The notes below the pieces were generated by a model. The model searched no databases and was not told where the DNA came from. It saw only the letters and a program-made list of their open reading frames with translations. The translations under genes were made by a program, and so were the position numbers. This document shows positions 37,986 to 49,900 of a stretch of 64,000 nucleotides of DNA, piece by piece. The first letter of the stretch is position 1; every line of letters starts with the position of its first letter. Source of the stretch: Owenia fusiformis (lineage: Eukaryota); assembly GCA_903813345.2 (NCBI GenBank), contig CAIIXF020000001.1, positions 41,540,001 through 41,604,000 on the forward strand, written 5' to 3'.

Positions 37986-40900
37986 ATGTTCCCCAAAAAG
38001 GTGAGCAAAGGGGAGATGCCTCAGCCCATGAGATCAAATGGGCCACCCAAGTGTCTGGAGAGGTCATGCCAATCACTCAGGTCTAAGAAGGAGAAAGCAC
38101 ACAAGACCACAAACGAAGAGAAAAAATTCAATGCTTTCGGCAACAAAGCACAGAATATTTTGTGGAGATCAATTTATCTATCCGAATGACGATTTTTCCA
38201 CAATAGTTATAAAAATAATTAAAAATTCAATTATTTTCTTGGAATTTGTTTTAGAATCACCAAGAAAAGCCATTAGCATCAAAATGACAAGGCTAGCTTT
38301 CTTTATAAAAGCCAATTGCATAATTTCCCTCCTTACACCATTTATTCTTTTCTCTGTGTATTGTATTTTATATCCAGGAAATTGAGCAAAATATAATGGC
38401 TATTGAAGATAACTTCTACATGTAGTAAATATAGATAGAGTGCAGTTGAATAATAAACAAATTCAGTACCATTACGAGAAAAATCTTACCTTTTGAGATT
38501 ACTACAATGTAGTTGTCATGTACTATGAATATTGATATGTTTTTTCATTGTTTGTTTTCAGACTATAGTTCCTGGACCAAAGAACATAATGGAACAAAAG
38601 CAGGTTTGTTAAATATATTACTCTTATCTATTTAATTAACTGTATATTTGACCACCAATGATTATGGTGCATAATTAATATATCAATGATTGTTCATAAT
38701 GTGATTGTTGAATCAAAAAAATCAAAAGAATAATAGGTTAAACAGCCTGCTCATATAAATGTCTGTTTAGTAGGATTTGCAATACTAATTTCCAAACACA
38801 CTGACAGGGCCCCGTCAGTCAGAAGCATTAAGTGACCAGTATCTATGCAATAGTCTTGCATGAAGTCAGTGGATACCTCCCTCTTTTATATATTACAGAA
38901 AACTACAGCACAATGGCTTAATGCAAGACTAAGGGTGACACAAAAACATGCATTGTAACAAGATTATCCAGTGAATTTCACTCGAAAAATATGAGGGCCA
39001 TATGTTAATGGAGAAAACTGATCCACGAACAGCAAACTTTAATGCATGTTCTGTTGTCGGTTAGGTAACCTGTTAATAACGTCACATATTAATATAGAAT
39101 CGACAGAGATGTGTGACATTATGATTATTTGTTTATAGTTGCTCGATGGAGTAAATATGTGACTGACTTCATAGTTTTATGCGATATGTCATATCTTGAA
39201 TCACAATCACATCATTTGGTGACTTGACAGTTGCCTTGATGATTTGCCATATAAGCTAATAAAGGCGGGACTAAGGTCACATGAATGGTCCTACCCCGGT
39301 CCATAGAATGAAGGGTACAGCCCACTTTGGGGGGGGGGGGCTTTGTAAAAACTTAGTCTTGCTTAAAGTCTCTGGAGTTACAAGTGTCTGAATGCTACGA
39401 GTTAAAACTGTACAACAGATATTATATATACTACTATTTTCACAGTACTATTTTGTTTGACAGGTAGCTGCAGCCAGAAAGTCTTTACAGACATTGCAGC
39501 CATCCTCTACATCTGGGCAACTAGTTGGCAACAATATAACTATTTCACAGGTAAGTTTGCACAATGGAACTACACCACGACTTGTTAAAAAGAAACCATG
39601 TAGTTCATTAATTGCAATAGGACATTAAAATGAGGACCCTTGCTGTATTTATCCACCTTGTTTTGTTATCCCAACGAACGAAGTTCGGTAGGGATATAGT
39701 GAAGCCCTCCATCCGTCCGTCCGTCCGTCAGTCAGTCCGTCCGTCCGGAAGATAACTCAAATATTAGTAGACGGATTTTCTTCATATTTGGTGGAAAGAT
39801 GTATATTGGTGAATAGTTTTACGCAAAAAATAATTTTTTCAAGATGGCCGCCGCCTAAAAAATGACGGGACTTTTTCGCAAAAATCATAAATTTTTCATT
39901 CTAAACCAAAGTAATTAATATTATTGTTTGAAATTCTGGTAGTTTATTCGCAACATCTATCTATTCCACATATATTCCGTGTTTTTCATCCTGACCCCCA
40001 GGGGCCGTGTATGGGGGTCAGGAAAACACAAATATTCGCTAATTTTAAGATCTTTCTGAAGTATAGTTTTATTATACTCAAATGAAAGGCAATTAAGAGT
40101 AAATATTGTATCTTTTTTCTGATTCGAGCCTCGTAAAATTCAAAATGGCCGTCTAATGTACGATTTCACAATCATTTTTCGATCCCTTCAAAGTATGGCT
40201 ATATTATACTCAAATTGAAGGAATTTTGGAGTAGATCACAATTATGCTATTATTTTTCAGATTTGTACCTCAGAAAATTCAAAATGGCTGCTTTGCAGGA
40301 ATTCGCAATTCTAAAATCTAAATTTTTCAATTTTAACCAAAGTAATGAGTATAATTGATTGGAATTCGGTAATTGATATTTTGTTCGTTGGGATTTGCTA
40401 CTCCGCGGAGTTGCCATTATTTTATCTTACCTTATCGATACTTTTTTTTAGAAAAAGGGTAAAAGAAAACGTGATGCGGTTTTTGACATTGAGAACCCAA
40501 AATCATCAGCCAAGCAGTTTAAACCTGCGCCACTAGTCAACCCTCAAGCAGTAACGAAAGACATTGTCATATTTGCGGACCCAATCAGTAGTAATAAACC
40601 AGAGACAATCAAATCAAGTGAAAAACCATGTGAAAAGTGTTTGAATAGAAAAAATGCTGAGACTGTTAAGAGAGATGAGAAAGAAACACAGACAAATGTA
40701 ACTGGTGCTACAGGTGTGAGCAATTCAGTGAAACAGGATGGTGACACAGAGCAAATTGATGGAGTGGATAAAGAAGCCCATGAGCTACTAGTGCAAGGTA
40801 AATTCATTCAAACATCATCATTTATGGAAACCTGTAATAAAAGTAGTTTTTGATTGTTCAGTCATTGAAAGATGGCAGCACTATATAATATGTAAGATTT

Positions 40901-43900
40901 CCCATCTTTGGTCATTCCAGAATTGATAAAAGCATCATATTCAAACTGAAGGTTTTATACTTACTGTATACATTCAAATATTATACAAATATTTTACCTT
41001 TTTGATTGAGGTGAATAATGCATCTTTCATCCTTGCATTTCTTAAACCTTAAATTAAGCTTAATTCCTGGGAACTGTGAATATCGAGCATATCAACCACT
41101 CCAAGGAATTTCTGATGTTTAATTTGCATGAACAATGCATAATCTTTAATTCTGGCATTTGAACATGACCTATTGTATTTCCGCAAAGTGTAAATCACTG
41201 TTAGTCAAAACATTTTTCACACCATTTGATTTTAATTCAATAAGATGTTCAATGAGTGTAACGTTTTTTGGCAAAAATCTATATACTATAACCTCAAAAC
41301 TGTTGGAGATACACTTCAATATTAAATCTTTTCTTTTTTGTTTCCAAAGTATGCTGCTTTCTCCATGTTGTTTTCCTGGCTCAGTTTTTCTCAATAGACT
41401 GTTAAAAGACAATTTTAACTATTTCGTTCAAACTATCTCAGTATTCTGACAGAGTGCAAACAGAATTTTAATGGGATTGGTTGTATTTAAATATATTTTC
41501 AACAGGCAGGGAACAGGACCCCATTGCTCTTATGCTGGGGAGACTCCTGTTCAGTTTTACAAAGGGACTTTAACTAGTAGACAGTTTAAATGGATTAAAT
41601 TTAATATGTCTTTTATTTATATATTTATTGCTAAAAAATTTCTGTGTTATCTCTTTTTTCTTGAAACAGTGTTGTTTGATTCTTTATTGTTTGGCAAATT
41701 TAATGAGTTTGAAAGTCAAAGTCCTATTTTTCAATACATTTAATTGTGATTTTGTTCATTTCTGCCTTGTAAATCTTAAATAACATCTGTGTTGATCAGA
41801 TCGCTGCAATTTTTTTCTCAGATAAGTTTATGAAACTAACGGAAGCATTTGTTTGCATTTTGAAAAGATTACTTTCAACATCATCGTCTTTTATTATTGC
41901 TGAACGTGAGTGCTATTCACTTGAGTTCAGTGTTAATAAAGAGGTATACCAATACCTGTTGGCACATTTTTATTAATCTCATAAGCACAGTACTACTAAA
42001 CTAAATAAATCAGTACAAGTGAACTACCTCATTGTTTAAAATCCACAGCATGTACTATCTGTGCAAGGTCCTCCAAAGCATTTCATTAGATTAGGAGGGA
42101 TATGATAAATCATAATAGGACTAACCAAAACATATTAAAGCACAATGATTATGGGACTACATGCATGAGAGATAAGCAATTATGGATGTCCTTTATTTAT
42201 TTGATACAAGTTTGATATCCCCAGTTTTTGACACTGGGCTTCATGCCCTCATTGGCAAGGTTTGATAATCTTGAAATTTTGAATTGATACTGTGAAAAGC
42301 AAATTTTTATAGACTTTAAGAGTGTTATGACTCAAGGGAACAGACACAATCATAAAAAAACCATAACAGTTATTTACATACATAATTAATTATTAACCCT
42401 GTACTGCCTGAACCTATGACCCTTCTTGCACTATGACATTGAATATTCATTTTACTTACCGTTGACCTAACATCTTAAACATTCATAAGGCACTGGCCAT
42501 TTACAATAAAATATATAAGGAACGGGAACTGGTCTCTAGGGAGTTCTCGAGGTAGCCAGGCAGTACAGGGATCTAATCTGTATATTGATATCACATTAAT
42601 TTACAACGAAATAAAGAGATAGAAATTATTTATTGATTTAAATCCTGAGTTGGTTGATAAGTATTTCGAGTAGGAAACAAGATTGTAATCACTAAAAAGT
42701 GATTACAACATTGGTGCCGTTGCCAGCCGAAACCTAAGGTTTAATATTTTCTATATCACGACAAATGAAATTGAAAGTACAAAATTAATCAAGACTTTCA
42801 ATCTTCAAATTCAAATAAATTAACAAACAGATAAAAATTAGATCCCTCGTGCATGTACAGACGAATTAACGGGAGATTGAATAGACAACATCCAGACATG
42901 GCGGATGAAATGAATGATCAATTATTAGCGCGCCTTCAGGCGCTGGAAATGAATCAGGAACAAGGACCTCGCGCAGCTTCGGTTACGCGACCAATGATTT
43001 TTTCACACTCTTCTTCAGTAAGTAACCCACGCTCGTGGATTGACAAATATCAGCTTTATGCTCAAACACAACGATGGGACGCACAGGGCACGTGCGACTA
43101 CCTGAAAATGTTTTTGAGTGGCATTGCTGAGATTTGGTTTGACAATTTAGAGGAAGAAACAAAACAAGATTGGGACGCCCTACGCGCGGCCTTTGTTCAA
43201 AAATTTATAGAATCCACTCCAAAGTGGTCTCTCGAAAGCAAACTATTGCAACGCGTGCATCAAGCTGGAGAACCCATTGACGCATATCTTAATGATGTGT
43301 CTCTCCAATGTTCGCGTCTTGAAATAGGTGACGGAGAACACATACGCATATTAATTCGCGGCCTGTCACCTAAAATGAGAAGTCATGTACTGAGTCACTC
43401 TCCCGTTACCGTCGCCGATGTGGAACGCCTTGCAAAACTTCATGAAAGTATCTCATCAGAGGACAGAGTGCCCAAATCTATTAATGCCATCGTCCCTGAC
43501 AACCAATTGAAAACCCTAATGGACAAAATGGAAGAACAACGTGGAATGTTGGAGGAAATGTCCGACAGGATAAGGAGGAACGAAAGGAGACCTCCACGGG
43601 ACCTGTACAATGGCCGCACGAGTACAGGTAGACCCTACTGCACAAATTGTCATCAGGTAGGTCATCTTAACGTAGTATGTCGAAGGCCAACATTTGATCC
43701 TAATCCCAATGGTCGAGGTAGACGATTTTCTCCTAGACCATCACAAAGCAATAACTCCTTCAGAGGTCGCCAAATGCAATCAGATCGTCCATGGTATCAA
43801 GATAATAGACGGGTCCACTTTCAAGGTCAAAATACCTTTCAAAATCAAAATAATCAGAGATCCTTCCCACAAGATCGTCGAAATGATAGATACCCCGCTC

Positions 43901-46900
43901 CTCGATCTCCACAATCCTCAGGGCCCAGCAGACCGAATCATTTAAACTAATAACTCCTGCAGATACCGAGGTCCATGCAGGAGCTGATTTTCAAAACCCT
44001 CAACATATGTATGCTATTTCTGGGTTACACTCATATGATGATCTGGATGTACAAGACTCAAACTCGTGTTCGAGCGAGACATTGTCTTTAGAGAATTTGA
44101 ATGATGCTCAATCATTTGGGGATCAAAGTAGGTCTTGCCCCCGGGCAACCCCCCCATTGAGCATGAATCCTTACTGTGCCACAATATCGTCCATTGGCGA
44201 TGTGGTTGATGAACTTGGCATGACCATCGCTGAAACATGTTCGGGTGTCAGCAACGGCTCTCATAGTTCTGATAAACGGTCGGCATTCGCAATGACTCCT
44301 AACGGAGCTGGGGACCAAAGTAGGCTTCGCCCCCGGGCAGCCACCCCATTCAATCTCGTATGCAAATCATCATCTGACCAATGTAAACCAGGGGAGCTTC
44401 CTCCATCTGAAAAAGAACAAGAAAATGAAATTAACAATTCTGACGACGTCACATTCGACGAATATATACCATCGGAAAATCGGGCCCCAACATATGAATA
44501 CCCACCTCCTGAAACTATTCCCCAGAATAATCATGCAGATCGGCTAGAACCCACAGTTAATCTACTCAAGGCCCCATACCCCAACCATGTACAATCAGAC
44601 CACAACTATGCATGCCAAACCAATGACAACTTTGTTCTTTTCAACGAGGATTGTGCAGAGGAAACGATCGAAAATGCAAACAATAACCACATAAATCACA
44701 ATATTAACAACGAACATGAAACAATATCTCATTCCAATCAACATTCATTCTCTGTCAATATGGAACCTATCTTCCACGATAATATAATACGGGTCAAACT
44801 ATTGGGTCAACATTGCTACGCCTTACTTGACAGTGGCGCAACAATAAGTGGAATTAATAAAGATTGGTTCGAAAAATTCCCCTGGGCTCAAAACAACCTT
44901 CAAAAATCTGATTGTGGGGGAGTGGAAATAGCAAACGGAACTTCCATGAAAATCACAGGCCTCATTAAACTACCCATCATAATAGGTCAAACAACGACAG
45001 CAGTTGAATTCCACATAATTGACAATTTAGCTCACCCTGTGATTCTGGGTACCAACTTTTTAACGGAACACCAAGCAGTAGTAGATTTCTGTAAAAACAC
45101 TTTAAAATACTCCGTTCCCCGTTCCACTGACATCATTGCCGGAACAAAAGTGACCATACCCGCTAGATCGGAAGTAGTCCTAACTCTTAACCTCAAGAGA
45201 AAAATGCCTGATAATGTACTAGGCATATGCTCACAGCCAGAAAGTGCCGCAAAAAGACCCCTGCTAATGGCAATTTCATTATCAAAAACATCAAATCAAA
45301 TGGTCCAAACCAGGCTAGTAAATGCCACTACGGTGGACCTCACAATACAAAACAATGAGAGAATAGGAAAGTTTGAGTGCATTGATTCCAAGGCTAAAAT
45401 CATTCCCCTTGATCTTTATACCTCTAAGGGGGAAAGGAAATATCAAACCGGTACTTCAGGTCACACTGAAAATAAACAAACAAACCCTGATTTGCAATAT
45501 GGTAACACTCAATTCATTAATCAACAATACGATGGTTTAAGTGCAAGACCTTTGGAGATAAATGCCATAAACTCCTTGAACCCTGAGGCCGTACCAACAA
45601 AGGGAACATCCGAGACTCTAACAGACAGGTCAAACTGGTCTATTCACTCAGAATTAGATTTCAAAGATTCAATACTTTCTGAAAATCAAAAATTGGAACT
45701 TACCTCCGTTTTAGAAAAGAATGTGGAAGCATTCTCCTCGCCAGGAAATGAATTGGGATTCACGGATTTAATTGAACATGAAATCAATTTGAAACCCAAT
45801 GCGAAGATTTTTAGACAGAGACCATATCCATGCTCCCCTGCAAAAAGAGCCCTTATAACAACTGAGGTAAATAAACTATTAGACATGGGAGTAGTCCAAC
45901 CCAGTAAATCAGCATGGAGCGCCCCAATAGTCCTGATCAAAAAGGGTGAAAAGGTTAGATTATGTGTTGATTGGAGGGGCCTCAATTCAATGACTCAATT
46001 CGACGCGTACAGAATGCCAGATTTACAAGAATTACTTGATAGTATGGCCCAAACAAAAGGCCGTTACTGGTCGTGCCTCGATATGTTTAAAGCATACTTC
46101 CAAGTAAAACTCGCCCCTCAATCTAGGGAACTTACAGCTTTCTCGACTCACGATGGGCTATTCGAATTTACACGTTGTGGACAAGGGCTTGTGGGGTCAC
46201 CTAGTACATTTGTTCGTTTGATGGACCAATTGTTCAGGGGCTTACAATATCAGAATCTATATATCTACCTAGATGACCTCATCCTGTTCTCCCCCACATG
46301 GGATCATCATCTTGCCTTAATTAACGAAACACTGTCCAGGATTAAAAAGGCAGGCCTAAAAATATCACTATCAAAATGTCAATGGGGTAAGGACGAAGTA
46401 CTCTATCTAGGGCACATTCTATCTGAACATGGCTATAAACCAGATCCAGCCAAATGCAAAATGGTACGTGATTTCCCTACCCCTAATTCAGTGAAATCAG
46501 TAAGAATGTTTCTTGGACTGTCCGGATATTATCGGAGATTCCTCAAAGATTACTCGAGAATTTCACGGCCTCTCACAGAACTGACCAAGAAAGATATCGA
46601 GTTCGTCTGGGGACCAGAACAACAACAAGCCTTAGACACACTCAAGGCAGGTATTTGTGAACATGCCATGCTACTCTACCCTGATTTTTCTCTTCCTTTC
46701 ATCCTGGAAACAGATGCATGTAACAAGGGTCTAGGTGCGTGCCTAACTCAAGAAATCGATGGAAAGGAGAAAGCCATTTCGTTCAGTGGACGAGCTTTGA
46801 CTCCCACAGAAGCAAAATACGCCACCATTGACCTAGAACTACTCGCCATTGTGTACGGAGTCAAGAAATTCAGACACTACCTAGAGGTATCCGAATTCAT

Positions 46901-49900
46901 CATCAGAACAGATCACGCTCCCTTGAAATTTCTGATCAATACAAAGCAATTGAGCGACTCCAAAAGAGCGAGATGGATATTGTTTTTGTCACATTTTAGA
47001 TACACATTAGAGGTCAGGAGCGGTAAATTAAATGCGAATGCAGATTTTGCCTCCAGAGTAGAACACACTCCAGTGCAGGATTCAGATCTACAGCAGGAAC
47101 ACCACGAGGAGATACGTAGAATGGTAATGCCAGAATGTCAGCCACAAATTCACGCTGCGATAGGGAAAACCCCACTATCCCTAGGTAATTTACCCTTCCA
47201 GCCTCCCGGCCCAATATCAAAATTGCAGCCAGAAGATTTGAAATTCTTCGATCCACTAGCTAGGTACACAGACCAACAGGAAACGTCAACACAAGCAAAC
47301 ACACCCACGCTAGAAGACCTGTGGGACACGTACGAAACCGACCCCGACTCAACAAAACAGTATCATACCCAAAGTCACTCAGCCAAACAAACTACGGATG
47401 TTGATATGGACCAAACAACTTCAGAAGTATTGAACCCCATACCGAGCGATATTATCATGGAAACCACAGACACAGAGGCCACAGCAAACCCCGTTCACAA
47501 AATTACTACGGATAGGCCTACGCAAAGAACGACAAATCTGAATAACCATTCGACGGCTTCGACAAGTGAAACCGCTAACGAACCGGGAACTCCACCCGCG
47601 CCTGACGAACAGCAAGATGAAATGGCAAATATCCAGGAAACTGACACGATAAATAGCCAAGCAGACCCGTACACCAATACACCCGAGATGGAGGAATTAA
47701 GGCAGCTACAACTCACCGACCCTTTCTGCAGCCCATTAATTCAATATTTACATACAAATGTACTACCAGATAACAACAGCGAGGCCAGAAAATTGTTGTT
47801 ACAGGCAGATAGCTTCCTTATGATTGACAACGTCCTGTATCACAAACATTACGACCATCACTCCCACGCCATGATAAATAGGCTAGTTATACCCAATTGT
47901 CTAGTTGACACCATTCTCTTCGCATCCCATGATCAGATTCTTAGCGGACATCTAGGCATCCTTAAAACAAAGGCAAGGGTATTACAAAAGTATTACTGGC
48001 CGAAACAATCACAAGATGTTGAAAATTGGGTGAAATCATGCGTACCATGTAATTCACGCAGAATTCGGAGAAAACACGAACAACCAATTCAGCCTATTCC
48101 AGCGCCATCGGCAGTCTGGGAAATGATTAGTATTGACACATTAGGGCCCCTGACAATAACACATGACAAAAACAGATTCATTATATGTATCTCTGATCAT
48201 TTATCCAAATACTCCATAGCACTAGCAACCCCAGATCAACAGGCTGCAACAGTGGCGACATTACTCTTTCACCGAGTAATATGTATTTTTGGCTGCCCAG
48301 AGGTCATAATATCCGACAACGGGACTAATTACGTGAGTCAACTCGTCCAAGAGCTATGCAAAATGTTCCTCATTGATAAAAGACAAACTCTACCGTATAA
48401 CCCCCGTGCAAACGGCCTCATTGAAGCAGGGAACAAAATCCTCGCAAAAATGCTCTCCATATATGTGTCACAACACCACAAAGATTGGGACGTCTATCTA
48501 CCTTCCGTTGTGTTTGCCTACAATGCATCGGTTCACGCCTCCACCCAGATCATACCATCGATGCTTGTATTTGGTAGGGTACCAAAACTCCCTATCGACA
48601 CCCAATACAAAATACCCTCAGACGCCCCCAGAGACATACAAGATCATCTCAAAAGCACCCTCAGCCAAGTGGCAGAATGCGAACATATGGCCACAAAAAT
48701 ACTACAAAGCCAGAAGGAGAAAATGAAAGCAGACCATGACCGCCGGACAGAACATAAGTTCATTAAATTCCAAGTAGGCGATTGTGTGTACTTAAAGGTC
48801 CCTCCCAAAAATAAGGCACTGTCACACAAACTAAACTTCACACATCAAGGTCCATTCACAATAGTGCAAATAACAAACAATGAGCTAAATGCTACATTAC
48901 GCAGACTAAGCAATGGTACACTATACCCCAAATCTGTACATGTGGGCAGGCTCAGTAAAGCGGAGTACAGATGGCCCCGCCCAGAACCGCCAGATAATTA
49001 CGAACCACATACAGAAACCCCCGGGCCAGACACAGTTGCCCATAATCTCGAAGATGCACAACCCCCCGCTCAGACAGACAAATATCCAATCGGGAATACC
49101 AAAGCGACCTCCAAGCCGAAGACCGACAATCAAAAAGAGACATCTCGGAAACTCACAAAGAACGACTTGCAGGGAACACCAATTCCTACACCAATACCTA
49201 CACCTCAGGACATCGACAGTGAGAGTGACGAGGATACAGAAGACGAATTCTACGAGATCGCCGACATATTAAAGTCAAGGAAACTCAAGAATGGCACTAA
49301 ACAATATTTTGTCAGCTGGAAGAACTATGATCCTTCCCACAACAGCTGGGTCGATTTCAACGATCTCTCAGAAGACATGAAGTTATGGGCTTTACAAGAA
49401 TTTCAAGATCCCAAGAAAAAAAGGCAAACCAAGAAAAAATACAAACGCCGACACTAAATTAAAATTATAACGTTGACCTTAAAATGTTATATTCTCCCTC
49501 AATCTAAGACCAATATCATCAAAGCTGTACCAATCGCAAACCAAAGTATTAACATATTATGCACGCGCGCATACCATCCAACACAATTCACATTCTCCAT
49601 TCTATCTTATCCCCATAACATTCACATACAAATATTTGAATGTAATAGAATCAAAATTAATACTTATAAGAAACACCCCTGTTATCAAGTCGCAAGTCAC
49701 GTTAGCGATAATCAACCTGATATTGTGGAATATTACCTAATGATACCTATAAACCAACAAATATTATTCGGGTCACAATACATTTCGGATCTGCACGGAT
49801 TCAACAACACTTAGGTAAGAACTAATCTCGTACTTCATTACTATTTAACCAAGACCGCAATTCAGATAATTCACACTCAAAGCGGCTTGTTAAATCCATA

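Noticed and set aside
38001..38385. ORFs 37986-38189 and 38038-38385 as separate genes
   Set aside because: AAG|GTGAGC at 38001 is a good donor, so only MFPKK is likely exonic; the rest is intron read-through.
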